From assembly GCF_002895005.1 (NCBI RefSeq), contig NZ_POWF01000001.1:410344-474343 (forward strand): a DNA stretch of 64,000 nt, read 5' to 3'. How positions within the stretch are numbered: position 1 is the first letter of the stretch; every line of letters starts with the position of its first letter. Both the position numbers and the translations under genes were made by a program. The notes beneath the pieces were generated by a model. It worked only from the letters and a program-made list of their open reading frames with translations. It did no database searches and had not been told where the DNA came from. This document shows positions 9,113 through 20,487 of the stretch, in pieces. Source of the DNA: Hanstruepera neustonica. Lineage in GTDB: Bacteria > Bacteroidota > Bacteroidia > Flavobacteriales > Flavobacteriaceae.

Positions 9113-9685
9113 TTAACTATTTATAAATTCAGAAACTAGGGTTTCAGCTTCCTTTAATGCTTTATCTAGGTTATCATTTTCAATAATCACATCAAAAAGT
9201 GGTGCAGTCGCTAATTCAGCTGATGCCTTGGCGATTCGCATATTGATTTTATCAGCACTTTCTGTTTTACGTTTTTTAAGTCTGATTTTTAACTCATCAA
9301 TGCTCGGCGGCTTTACAAAGACAGCTAGTGTCTCACTGGGAAATTTACGTTTGATGCGTAATCCTCCTGACACGTCAATATCAAAAATAACATGTTTGCC
9401 ATGAGACCAAATGCGCTCAACTTCGGTTTTTAAAGTACCGTAAAAATTGTCTCTGTAGACTTCTTCCCATTCCAAAAACGCATCGTTTTTAATTTTGTTT
9501 TTGAATTCCTTTGAACTTAAAAAGTAATAATCCTTGCCATCAACTTCCTCACCGCGTTTTTCACGGGATGTTGCAGAAATAGAGAATTCCAGATTAAGAT
9601 CGTCAATTCCCAATAAATGTCTGACTATGGTCGTTTTACCTGAACCTGATGGTGCTGAAAATACAATTAACTTACCTTTCTTCAT
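9113..9685 (-). CDS. gmk: guanylate kinase
   Basis: P-loop VFSAPSGSGKTT plus the guanylate kinase body. 190 aa. Confidence 0.9.
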   Translation of the reverse strand: MKKGKLIVFSAPSGSGKTTIVRHLLGIDDLNLEFSISATSREKRGEEVDGKDYYFLSSKEFKNKIKNDAFLEWEEVYRDNFYGTLKTEVERIWSHGKHVIFDIDVSGGLRIKRKFPSETLAVFVKPPSIDELKIRLKKRKTESADKINMRIAKASAELATAPLFDVIIENDNLDKALKEAETLVSEFINS

Positions 9686-9687
9686 AT

Positions 9688-10545
9688 TTACAACACGTTC
9701 AATAATTGTTCCTTAATTTTTTCAAGCTCATCTTTCATTTGAACTACTAATTTTTGCATGGGCGCATAATTACTTTTAGAACCTATGGTATTGATTTCTC
9801 GTCCAATTTCTTGTCCAATAAATCCGAGTTTTTTACCGTTGGAATCTGCAGAGTCCAATGATTTTATGAAATAGTCGAGATGGTTTTTAAGGCGTACTTT
9901 TTCTTCGGTGATATCAAATTTTTCAATATAATACACCAATTCTTGTTCGAATCGATTTTCATCAACCTTTTCCTTAAGCTCTTCTATTCCTTTACGCAGG
10001 CGCTCACGAACAGCCACGATACGTTCAGGGTCCATAGTGATAACTGCATCTAAAAGTTCATTGATATTTTGTATGCGATTTCTAAAGTCGGTTTCTAGCG
10101 CCTTACCTTCATCCAAGCGATAATTGTCTATACGTTTTAAGGCATCAAGCACACCTTCGGAAATGACCTTCCATTCGTCTTCATCAATATCATCTCGTTC
10201 GGTATTCAGTGCATCAGGAAATCTCACAGCCATTTTTAACAATTCGGTCTCATCACCATTTACAACCTCTTTAAGCTGTTTGATGTATTGTTGGACTACT
10301 GGTTTGTTCAATTGAGTTGAGGTTTCTTCCCCTGTCATTTCCACATAAATTGAAAAATCAATTTTACCACGTTCCAACTGATTACCAATAAGTTTCCGAA
10401 GACTTAATTCTTTTTCACGATACACAGAAGGCATTCGTGCATTCAAATCCAGGTTTTTACTATTTAGTGATTTAATCTCTATGGTTATCTTTTTGGTAGG
10501 TAACTGTAAAACAGATTTACCATATCCTGTCATTGAATGTATCAT
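9688..10545 (-). CDS. yicC: YicC/YloC family stress-induced protein
   Basis: N-terminus MIHSMTGYGKS and the conserved C-terminal DUF1732 region (EEKVRLKNHLDYF). Sits in the classic yicC-gmk neighbourhood. Confidence 0.85.
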   Translation of the reverse strand: MIHSMTGYGKSVLQLPTKKITIEIKSLNSKNLDLNARMPSVYREKELSLRKLIGNQLERGKIDFSIYVEMTGEETSTQLNKPVVQQYIKQLKEVVNGDETELLKMAVRFPDALNTERDDIDEDEWKVISEGVLDALKRIDNYRLDEGKALETDFRNRIQNINELLDAVITMDPERIVAVRERLRKGIEELKEKVDENRFEQELVYYIEKFDITEEKVRLKNHLDYFIKSLDSADSNGKKLGFIGQEIGREINTIGSKSNYAPMQKLVVQMKDELEKIKEQLLNVL

Positions 10546-10657
10546 AAGCTTATTTAAAGTCCTACAAAGGTAACCAAAACTGTATGTTTTGAAAACAGAT
10601 TTCCGTTTAATGCATTATGACCTATTAATTGTATTTTTGAAACCTAAAAAATAAAGA

Positions 10658-11137
10658 ATGTTTACAAAAGAATTTGAAATACGTTGGAATGATTTGGATG
10701 CTAATATGCATTTGGCAAATGCTTCCTATATGAATTTTATGAGTCATACACGTATGGCTTTTTTTGAAGAATTTGGGTTTTCTCTAAATGAAATAGCCAA
10801 ACATGAACTCGCTCCTATCGTTTTTAATGAGCACATTTATTATTTTAAGGAAGCGCATATTGGTGATCCCATTACCGTTGGTTTGGAGGTCACAGGTTTG
10901 AGTGAGGATGGTATGTTTTTTAGTATTGAGCACAATTTTTATGACAAAGAAGGAAAGAATATTGCCCATTGTGAAATGCTTGGTGCATGGATGAATTTTA
11001 AGACTAGAAAATTGACAAAATTGAATGAAGAACTTATGGCTTGTGCCAAACAGTTTCCAAAATCAAAAGATTTTAAGGTTTTAACAAAAGAAGACACACG
11101 CAAAAACCAAAAAAGACCGATAGACTTAACTTTTTAG
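10658..11137 (+). CDS. acyl-CoA thioesterase, hotdog fold (4HBT/YbgC-like)
   Basis: 159 aa. The IRWNDLDANMHLANASY motif (catalytic Asp/His region of 4HBT-type thioesterases). Confidence 0.6.
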   Translation: MFTKEFEIRWNDLDANMHLANASYMNFMSHTRMAFFEEFGFSLNEIAKHELAPIVFNEHIYYFKEAHIGDPITVGLEVTGLSEDGMFFSIEHNFYDKEGKNIAHCEMLGAWMNFKTRKLTKLNEELMACAKQFPKSKDFKVLTKEDTRKNQKRPIDLTF

Positions 11138-12022
11138 TGCTGGTTTTTTTGTTACCAAGTATACACCAATAAAGATTAACAAAGCAGCAATGAGCTTAAT
11201 GCCATTTATAGTGTCACTTCCCATAATAATGGCAAATATTCCAGCTATAACGGGTTGTATGTACAAAAACGTACTGACTGTTGAAGCTTTTAATTGTCTT
11301 AACGCTAACGGGTTTAAAAGGTAAGTGGCAAATGTTGCCCCAAGGATGACAAAAGCAACAGAGAAAATAATATATGGAGGGAATGATGTCCATACAACTT
11401 CAGAAAGTTCTCCATAGCCGAAAGGGGTCACCATAATTAGCCCAAATAAAAACAGCCAACGAATAAATGTAAAAGGATGGTATTTGTCAGTAATTTTCTT
11501 AATGAGGATTAAATAGATACTGTATGAAACAGCATTAATAAACACTAAAGTATTTCCTAATAATATATTGTCCCCAGCTTGGGTAGATCTGCCGTAAATA
11601 CTCAACACAATTGCACCTGAAAACCCTAACAATATCCCGATAAATTTTAAATGGGTGATGCGTTCCTTGAGGAAAACAGCCGATAAGACCAACACAACAA
11701 TGGGCACAACTGTCATGATTACCGAAGCATGTATAGGTGTCGTAAATTCAAAGCCTTTAAAGAAAGTAAGCATGTTTAAGGCTATACCAAAAATCGATGC
11801 AATGAAAAACTTAAAATAATCCTTTCGATCAATTTTTTCGGTTGGGGTGAATAAACTCAATATCCAAAAAAGAATGGTTGCCCCAATAATTCGTAAAAGG
11901 ATAAAACCATAGGGTTTTATGTAACCATCGTCAATGACATCATTTGCAAATGTGAAAGTCAGTCCATAAATAACTTGAACCATAAAGGCAGCAAATAATG
12001 CAAAAAGACGGTTATTTCCCAC
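11126..12022 (-). CDS. DMT superfamily permease (EamA family, 10 TM)
   Basis: Two repeated 5-TM EamA-like halves. Hydrophobic throughout. Confidence 0.7.
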   Translation of the reverse strand: MGNNRLFALFAAFMVQVIYGLTFTFANDVIDDGYIKPYGFILLRIIGATILFWILSLFTPTEKIDRKDYFKFFIASIFGIALNMLTFFKGFEFTTPIHASVIMTVVPIVVLVLSAVFLKERITHLKFIGILLGFSGAIVLSIYGRSTQAGDNILLGNTLVFINAVSYSIYLILIKKITDKYHPFTFIRWLFLFGLIMVTPFGYGELSEVVWTSFPPYIIFSVAFVILGATFATYLLNPLALRQLKASTVSTFLYIQPVIAGIFAIIMGSDTINGIKLIAALLIFIGVYLVTKKPALKS

Positions 12023-12368
12023 TTAAGGCGTTTTTAACTTGTTCGACCGTTTTTTTGGAGTTGCCTATGAATATTTGATTGTCAATGATAATGACAGGAC
12101 GACTTAAAAAGGTATAATGATCCAAGATATAATGTTTGTAATCGGCCTCTTTTAGGTCGGCATTTTTTAAATCCATTTCCTTGTACAACTTAGCACGTTT
12201 ACTAAAAAGGGATTCATAACTACCCGAAATTTGTTGCATTTCCTCTACCTGTTTAACTGTTATAGGCTCTGTTTTGATGTCCTGTAATTCAAAATCTTCT
12301 GGTAGATTCAAATCTTTCAAAATACGAATGCAGGTACTGCATGTTTTAAGATAGTATACTTTTTTCAT
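12012..12368 (-). CDS. ArsC/Spx/YffB family thioredoxin-fold protein
   Basis: MKKVYYLKTCSTCIRILKDL: the N-terminal CxxC/CxC redox motif of the ArsC family. 118 aa. Confidence 0.7.
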   Translation of the reverse strand: MKKVYYLKTCSTCIRILKDLNLPEDFELQDIKTEPITVKQVEEMQQISGSYESLFSKRAKLYKEMDLKNADLKEADYKHYILDHYTFLSRPVIIIDNQIFIGNSKKTVEQVKNALSGK

Positions 12369-12438
12369 ATCACATTAATATGGTGCAAAGTAAATCCATT
12401 TTAAAAGAATTTTGGTTAATTTTAAGCAAAAATAAACT

Positions 12439-12894
12439 ATGGATTGGGCGTTTGATGTTTCGATTAAGAATAGAAAATTATTGGAATCTATTCTAGATAA
12501 TTATACTTTACAACAACTCAATAAAATACCTGATGGGTTTAGCAATAACCTGATATGGAATATTGCACACACCATCGTCACACAGCAGTTACTGGTTTAT
12601 AGATTATCTGGGTTGCCTTGCATTGTTTCTGAAGAGCTGATTGAACTATTTAAAAAAGGAACCAAACCTGAAAGGGATTTATCTCAAGCTGAAGTTGATG
12701 CCATTAAAAATTTGTTATTTTCTACCATAGAAAAAACGAAAGAAGACTACAACAACAAGGTGTTTCAACAATTCAATGAATATACTGTCACAACCAAAAG
12801 CACATTAACAAATGTGGAGGAAGCCATCGACTTTAACTGTTATCACGAAGGCATACATTTAGGTATTATATTATCCTTAAGGAAGTTTGTTTAA
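12439..12894 (+). CDS. DinB/YfiT-like four-helix-bundle family protein (putative)
   Basis: 151 aa, helical, with the His-containing motif NIAHTIVTQQ. Assignment is tentative. Confidence 0.35.
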   Translation: MDWAFDVSIKNRKLLESILDNYTLQQLNKIPDGFSNNLIWNIAHTIVTQQLLVYRLSGLPCIVSEELIELFKKGTKPERDLSQAEVDAIKNLLFSTIEKTKEDYNNKVFQQFNEYTVTTKSTLTNVEEAIDFNCYHEGIHLGIILSLRKFV

Positions 12895-13617
12895 TTACTT
12901 GTAGGCTAATAGCGCATCTATTTCATCATAGGCCATGTGAATTTCAGTAATGCCTGAAGAATAAGGTGCAATTTCATAGGTGTTATAAAATAATATAAGG
13001 CCATCGTCATCAAATCCTATATTCGCTGGAAGGGTGAAATTATCAGGATCAAAATAATCTTCTTTTTTGTCAGCTATCTCTTTATTAAAATGATTTTTGG
13101 CCAATTCTTCAAAAGCAGAAAAATTAGAAAACAAATCGTTATTGGAAATGATGTCTCCCGTGAGCGTATCAAAATTTAAAAACCTAATTGTTAAAATACC
13201 ATGGGCTCCTCCAGTATTCAAATAACTCGTTATGGCAATGGATATTAAAGACTCCGATTGATAGGAAACTTCACCATCAATTTGAGCTTCCCAAACCATG
13301 GGGCTTTCTGGAAATTCATTTTTAAATTTTATATACTCATTGTTGAAATTAGTGATGCTTTCTTCAACAGATTTTGAATTAACCGGTTCCGGGTCGCCAA
13401 TTTGCAAAGAAGCTATGATTGACTCGTTTATTTTAGAATTTATTTTTTCAGATACAGAGTTATTGCCTTTTGCTTTAGGAACAAATATTTCAACCAGATT
13501 GTTTTCAGGGGTAGTCATGTTTACTTCATTAAATAAAGTTGAAGATTTTTCTTCAGCACATGAAAGGTTCAGTAATGAGTAAGTTGATAGTATAATTACA
13601 ATTAAAAAACTTCGCAT
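12895..13617 (-). CDS. lipoprotein with DUF4163/DUF3298-like (RsiV/PdaC N-terminal type) domains
   Basis: Lipoprotein signal ...LLNLSC and the TGGAHG motif typical of DUF3298. Stop codons of this gene and the upstream convergent gene abut (taatta). Confidence 0.5.
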   Translation of the reverse strand: MRSFLIVIILSTYSLLNLSCAEEKSSTLFNEVNMTTPENNLVEIFVPKAKGNNSVSEKINSKINESIIASLQIGDPEPVNSKSVEESITNFNNEYIKFKNEFPESPMVWEAQIDGEVSYQSESLISIAITSYLNTGGAHGILTIRFLNFDTLTGDIISNNDLFSNFSAFEELAKNHFNKEIADKKEDYFDPDNFTLPANIGFDDDGLILFYNTYEIAPYSSGITEIHMAYDEIDALLAYK

Positions 13618-13708
13618 AATGACTTCCTGTTAATCTTCTATTAAAGATAGTTATTGCATTTGAATAGACCGAATTAAAATATAACTTTGTGCAAAAGAAC
13701 AATTATTT

Positions 13709-14848
13709 ATGAAATTTAATACAAAAACAATACATGGTGGCCAGAAACATGACCCAGCTTATGGTGCTGTCATGCCACCTATCTATCAAACATCAACTTA
13801 CGCGCAAAGCACACCTGGAGGGCACAAAGGGTTTGAATATTCCAGAACGCATAATCCAACAAGGCAAGCTTTGGAAAATGCCTTCGCAAGTATTGAAAAT
13901 GGTAACTATGGATTGGCGTTTGGTTCTGGATTGGCAGCCATTGATGCAGTTATTAAGTTGCTAGAACCTGGTGATGAGGTTGTTTCGACCAATGATTTAT
14001 ATGGTGGTTCCTATAGATTGTTTACTTCAATTTTTAAAAAGTTCGGTATCAAGTTTCATTTTGTAGGCATGGAAAATGCGCATAATATTGAAAACTATAT
14101 TAACAGCAATACCAAACTCATCTGGGTGGAAACGCCAACCAATCCCATGATGAATATTATTGATATAAAAGCCTGTTCTCAAATAGCTAAAAAGCACAAT
14201 CTGTTGTTGGCTGTTGATAATACATTTGCAACACCATATTTGCAACAACCACTAGACTTGGGCGCTGATATAGTTATGCATTCAGCAACCAAGTATTTAG
14301 GGGGACACAGTGATGTGGTTATGGGAGCCCTAGTGGTCAAAGATAAAGACTTGGCTGACAAATTATATTTTATTCAAAATGCCAGTGGAGCTGTTTGTGG
14401 TCCACAAGATAGTTTTTTGGTTTTAAGAGGCATAAAAACATTACATATCCGAATGCAACGTCATTGTGAAAACGGTAGAGCTATTGCTGAATACTTGAAT
14501 TCCCATCCAAAAGTTGAAAAGGTCTATTGGCCAGGTTTTGAAAACCATCCCAATCATAACGTCGCAAAAGAGCAAATGAACGATTTTGGAGGCATGATTT
14601 CATTTACAACCAAAGGGAATAATTTTGAAGAAGCGATCAAAATTGTTGAAAAGCTTAAAATATTTACATTGGCAGAATCATTGGGTGGTGTCGAATCCTT
14701 GGCGGGACATCCAGCGAGTATGACACATGCCAGTATTCCTAAAGAAGAACGTGAAAAAACAGGTGTTGTAGATTCACTCATTCGTTTGAGTGTTGGAATT
14801 GAAGATATACACGATTTAATTGCCGATTTAAAACAAGCAATTGGATAG
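13709..14848 (+). CDS. Cys/Met-metabolism PLP-dependent enzyme (cystathionine gamma-synthase/beta-lyase/methionine gamma-lyase family)
   Basis: PLP-lysine motif HSATKYLGGHSDVVMG and the N-terminal YSRTHNPTRQALE. 379 aa. Confidence 0.8.
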   Translation: MKFNTKTIHGGQKHDPAYGAVMPPIYQTSTYAQSTPGGHKGFEYSRTHNPTRQALENAFASIENGNYGLAFGSGLAAIDAVIKLLEPGDEVVSTNDLYGGSYRLFTSIFKKFGIKFHFVGMENAHNIENYINSNTKLIWVETPTNPMMNIIDIKACSQIAKKHNLLLAVDNTFATPYLQQPLDLGADIVMHSATKYLGGHSDVVMGALVVKDKDLADKLYFIQNASGAVCGPQDSFLVLRGIKTLHIRMQRHCENGRAIAEYLNSHPKVEKVYWPGFENHPNHNVAKEQMNDFGGMISFTTKGNNFEEAIKIVEKLKIFTLAESLGGVESLAGHPASMTHASIPKEEREKTGVVDSLIRLSVGIEDIHDLIADLKQAIG

Positions 14849-14871
14849 TATTGTTCTAATTAAAAGAACCA

Positions 14872-14909
14872 AACAAAAAAGCCCTAGAAAATTTTCTAGG
14901 GCTTTTTTG
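14872..14909. terminator. strong bidirectional intrinsic terminator between convergent genes
   Basis: AAAAAGCCCTAGAAAAT / ATTTTCTAGGGCTTTTTT: long perfect stem flanked by an A-tract and a T-tract. Confidence 0.65.
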
Positions 14910-14923
14910 TTTATTTTCAGATG

Positions 14924-15703
14924 TTAATCTAGATAATAGATATAGCCAAAATTCAGCCAAACCAGCCAATCATTATGTTTGTTAGAACTTAATTGATGAT
15001 TCAAACCATCAATCCAATCACTAAAGTAGTATTGCCATCTTAAATCCAACATTAAGTCGGACAATTTGGTCAATTTATATCGCGCGCCAATACTGGTAAC
15101 CACAGACCATGTACTTCCTGAATCAGGGTTAATTGATCCTGGTTCCCAATGGCTCCAAAAGTTGTTGGGATCTGCAATGGTTTGAGTTCCATATGTTGTA
15201 GAAGCTTTAGGGTTGTATGAAGTATAGTGTGCTCCTAAACTTACAAAAGGTGCAATTCTATAACTGAAAGCTTGAAAAGAGCGGATACTCAAAGGAAAAT
15301 ATTCCAATTGCATACCAATATCAAAGTTATTGGCTTCACCTTTGTGTTTTCTCAACCTTTCGGCATTATCCGATGTTCCAGCTTGCCACTGACCAAAATG
15401 GTCTAGTTTAGTAGTGTTATAAGAAATTTCACTTCGCAATTTAAAATGGTCGTTAAAATAGGTGTCTGTAGAGTAACAATTACAATCTGCTCTGTAGGCA
15501 AAATTTATGTAGTGAATCAAACCAATTCCAATACCAGAATTACCAAAATTTGTTTCATCGTTATTTCTAACACCAAAGTCTGATCTAAATTGAACGGGAC
15601 CTACAATAGCACCAATTTCATGAGAAAACCCTAGTTGAGAAAATCCCATTTGCATTCCTGCAAAAAAGATTAAGATTATGGTTAATTTTTTCAAATTGAA
15701 CAT
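14924..15703 (-). CDS. outer-membrane beta-barrel (porin-like) protein
   Basis: Signal peptide MFNLKKLTIILIFFAGMQMGFSQ. Alternating amphipathic strands. C-terminal aromatic YYLD. Confidence 0.45.
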   Translation of the reverse strand: MFNLKKLTIILIFFAGMQMGFSQLGFSHEIGAIVGPVQFRSDFGVRNNDETNFGNSGIGIGLIHYINFAYRADCNCYSTDTYFNDHFKLRSEISYNTTKLDHFGQWQAGTSDNAERLRKHKGEANNFDIGMQLEYFPLSIRSFQAFSYRIAPFVSLGAHYTSYNPKASTTYGTQTIADPNNFWSHWEPGSINPDSGSTWSVVTSIGARYKLTKLSDLMLDLRWQYYFSDWIDGLNHQLSSNKHNDWLVWLNFGYIYYLD

Positions 15704-15893
15704 AGTATTACTTTCAATAATTTAGAGCAAACGGTTAACAAATATAAAAAAACGACTTTACCTACCAAATTAATTATTGAAATCCAGCAAGATATGAGAC
15801 AAATTAACGAATAAATAATTATTACCAACCATATTACGAAAAATAAAAAAAAGACATTTCTTTTTTAAAGATAATGTATATTTGTGCCCATAA

Positions 15894-17276
<1,383 letters not shown>

Positions 17277-17299
17277 AACACAAATATTTTTTTCATATG

Positions 17300-17334
17300 A
17301 AGCTTTCTATTAATTTAGAAAGCTTTTTTGTTTT
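17300..17334 (+). terminator. rho-independent terminator of gdhA
   Basis: AAGCTTTCT ... AGAAAGCTT stem followed by TTTTTTGTTTT. Confidence 0.55.
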
Positions 17335-17399
17335 AAAAAGTATGAAATACCATATTTACTCGTTAGTATTAAATATATTTGAATCTTGAATATTAGTTT

Positions 17400-19745
17400 A
17401 TGGTTAGAGATGCAGTTCTATTTGTAATTTTAATAAGTACCTTTTTTAGTTACTCCCAAGATTTCTCGTCTCAATGGCAAGGACATTTTTCTTACTTGAA
17501 CATCAAAGATGTATCTCAAGGGAATGATAAGCTATATGCTGCTGCTGAAAATGCAATTTTTATTTATGATACCCAAACTCAAGAAACAACAACTTTATCA
17601 ACGATAAACGGGTTGTCAGGTGAAACTATTTCACAAATACATTACAGCGAAGCTTATGAACTATTAGTGATTGGTTATGAAAATGGCTTAATGGAAATAG
17701 TTTTTGACAACGATGACAATGTTTTAACGATAGTAGATATACTTGAAAAACCAACTATACCACCTACTGACAAAAATATTAATCACTTTAATGAATATGA
17801 AGGGTTAATTTATATTTCAACTGATTATGGTATTTCGGTTTATGATTTGGCGCGATTAGAATTTGGAGACACCTATTTTATGGGTGATGGTGGAGCACAA
17901 ATAACTGTTAGACAAACAACTGTCCACGAAGGCTATATTTATGCAGCTTGTATAAATGCCAACGGTATAAAAAAAGCCTTGGTTACTAGTGACGATTTAG
18001 TAGATTTTGAAGAATGGCAAAGAATCAGAAATGGTAATTACCTAACAATAGAATCTTTTGAATTTAAGATTTTTACTACTAGGGATAATATGCGAATTTT
18101 TGAGGGTATTAATGATGTCTTTTCAGTTTTATTTGCCTATGATGATCAGCCTATTGATTTGCGGGTGGTTGATAATTACTTGGTTCTAGCAACAGAAAAC
18201 GACGTTTTTGTTTATGATGTTGATTTCAATTTGATTGCTCAAGTTCAAATTCCAGATCCATTTGTTACCAGTATTACTTCAGCCACATTAGTTGGTGAAC
18301 ACATTTATATTGGCACTACCGACTTTGGAGTTCTTAAAACGGAAATTTTTAACCCATTGGAATTTGAGGAGCTTCATCCTGATGGGCCATTATTAAATAA
18401 CTCATTTAGTATTGACGCTTCACCAAATAATCTTTGGGTGACTTTTGGAGAATACACTTTAACCTATAATTGGTTCCCAAGAAGAAGTAGAGGCATTAGT
18501 CATTTAAAAGAAGGGGAATGGATAAATACCCCTTATGAAAATGTATTGGATGCTGTAAATTTGAATAAAACATCAGTAAATCCCTTTAACCCCGCTCAAG
18601 TTTTTATTAGTTCTTTTGGAGACGGATTGTTGGAAGTTAGTAACGAAATACCAACTACTTTATATGATAATAGTAATAGTGGTTTAGAACCAGAGAATGA
18701 ACCTACAGACGATTTTTATCCTGTTATTCGTCAATGTGCTTCAACTTTTGACAGAAGTGGTATCTTATGGACTATGACCGCAAGAGTAGATAAGCCCCTA
18801 AAGTCTTTTGATCCAGGGAGCAATCAATGGCAGCGATATGATTTTTTGAGTCTTATTCAAGATGGAGAAAATGAATGGGGCTATGGTGATATCATTGTTG
18901 ATGACAATGGAACAAAATGGATTGGGGGTTATAATTTTGGGCTTATAGGTTTTAATGAAAATAATACAGGGGTAAAGCTTAAAAGTTTGATGGGTGAAGA
19001 ACAAAATATGCCAGCAAATTTTGTTACTGGTTTAGCTTTAGATAGAAGAAATCAAATGTGGATTGGAACTAATCAGGGTTTAAGGGTACTGTACAACACA
19101 TCCAATTTTTTTTCAGAGGAAAATGTTCAAGCTCAACAAATTATAATTTTGGAAGAAGGGGTTCCTAAAGAGTTATTATTCCAACAATTTGTTTCGGATA
19201 TTGAAGTTGATGGGTCTAATAACAAATGGATAGCAACAATAGCATCAGGGCTTTTTTATTTTTCTTCAGATGGGCAACAAACCTTATATCATTTCACCAA
19301 AGAAAATTCACCTTTACCGTCAAATAATGTGGTAGATGTGTCTATTGACGGAGCAAGCGGGACAGTGTACATAGCAACTGATAAAGGCTTGGTTTCATTT
19401 AAAGCAGGTGGTCTGGAAACTCAAGATACTTTGCAAAATGCATACGTTTACCCAAATCCTGTTAGACCCACGTTTGACATAGCCAACAAGAAAGTTAAAA
19501 TTAATGGCATATCTGAAAATGTCAATATTAAAATTACGGATATTGAAGGTAATTTAGTTGCCGAAGCGCAATCAAAAACCAATTTGAGATTTAGAGGATA
19601 TAATTTGGAAATTGATGGAGGTGTAGCTTTTTGGAATGGAAAAAATCTCATGAACGATATTGTTGCTTCTGGAGTCTATTTAGTTATGCTTTCAGATTTA
19701 GATACGTTCGAGACAAAAGTCCTAAAAGTAATGGTTGTTAGATAA
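17400..19745 (+). CDS. T9SS cargo/component: double beta-propeller (two-component-regulator propeller-like) protein with a type-A CTD; PorZ-like
   Basis: 781 aa, signal peptide, repeated propeller blades. C-terminal AYVYPNPVRPTFD...KITDIEGNLVA...GVYLVMLS is a Por_Secre_tail (TIGR04183-like) domain. Size and architecture match PorZ. Confidence 0.55.
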   Translation: MVRDAVLFVILISTFFSYSQDFSSQWQGHFSYLNIKDVSQGNDKLYAAAENAIFIYDTQTQETTTLSTINGLSGETISQIHYSEAYELLVIGYENGLMEIVFDNDDNVLTIVDILEKPTIPPTDKNINHFNEYEGLIYISTDYGISVYDLARLEFGDTYFMGDGGAQITVRQTTVHEGYIYAACINANGIKKALVTSDDLVDFEEWQRIRNGNYLTIESFEFKIFTTRDNMRIFEGINDVFSVLFAYDDQPIDLRVVDNYLVLATENDVFVYDVDFNLIAQVQIPDPFVTSITSATLVGEHIYIGTTDFGVLKTEIFNPLEFEELHPDGPLLNNSFSIDASPNNLWVTFGEYTLTYNWFPRRSRGISHLKEGEWINTPYENVLDAVNLNKTSVNPFNPAQVFISSFGDGLLEVSNEIPTTLYDNSNSGLEPENEPTDDFYPVIRQCASTFDRSGILWTMTARVDKPLKSFDPGSNQWQRYDFLSLIQDGENEWGYGDIIVDDNGTKWIGGYNFGLIGFNENNTGVKLKSLMGEEQNMPANFVTGLALDRRNQMWIGTNQGLRVLYNTSNFFSEENVQAQQIIILEEGVPKELLFQQFVSDIEVDGSNNKWIATIASGLFYFSSDGQQTLYHFTKENSPLPSNNVVDVSIDGASGTVYIATDKGLVSFKAGGLETQDTLQNAYVYPNPVRPTFDIANKKVKINGISENVNIKITDIEGNLVAEAQSKTNLRFRGYNLEIDGGVAFWNGKNLMNDIVASGVYLVMLSDLDTFETKVLKVMVVR

Positions 19746-20461
19746 TGTTGGGTACTAATAAAGCCATTGTACTTTCCAAAATAAAATATCGAGAAAATGA
19801 TATCATTGTAAAATGCTATACACTTAAACGAGGTGTTGTTAGTTACCTAATTAGAAACGCTTTTAAGAGTAAGAATCATAAAACAATTGCTTATTATCAG
19901 CCTCTTTCACAGTTATTCATTGATGAAAAATATAAGCAAAATCAATCCTTGCACTATATTACTGAAGTCAAATCAAGTTTTGTTTACAAAACGCTTCATA
20001 CAAATGTTCTAAAAAGCTCTGTAACAATTTTTATTGCTGAAATTTTAGCAACAGTTTTAAAAGAAGAAGAGCAAAATAATACTTTGTTTGAATATATAGA
20101 ATTATCACTTCAATGGCTAGATACGGAAACAGATTTTTCAAATTTTCACCTTTTATTTCTACTGGAACTTACCAAATATTTGGGCTTTTATCCAGAAAGT
20201 AAGTATGATGACAAATCGATTTTCAATCTACAATCAGGTGCTTTTGAAATTAGTCTTATAGATAAATATTCAATTTCCGAACAAAATAATACTGTTTTAA
20301 AAAGGCTATTGGGCATGAAATTTGATGAGTTAAATCAGTTGCAGTTGAATGTTTTTCAAAGAAGAAATTTTTTAAATATGCTATTGCTTTATTATGAATT
20401 GCATTTGGGATATTTTAAAAAGCCTAAATCATTGGAAGTATTCAGTCAACTTTTTAACTAA
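19745..20461 (+). CDS. recO: DNA repair protein RecO
   Basis: N-terminal OB-fold region KAIVLSKIKYRENDIIVKCYT. 238 aa. The ATG overlaps the upstream TAA (TAATG). Confidence 0.8.
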   Translation: MLGTNKAIVLSKIKYRENDIIVKCYTLKRGVVSYLIRNAFKSKNHKTIAYYQPLSQLFIDEKYKQNQSLHYITEVKSSFVYKTLHTNVLKSSVTIFIAEILATVLKEEEQNNTLFEYIELSLQWLDTETDFSNFHLLFLLELTKYLGFYPESKYDDKSIFNLQSGAFEISLIDKYSISEQNNTVLKRLLGMKFDELNQLQLNVFQRRNFLNMLLLYYELHLGYFKKPKSLEVFSQLFN

Positions 20462-20487
20462 CCACTAACCAATTAAGAATTATAGAA

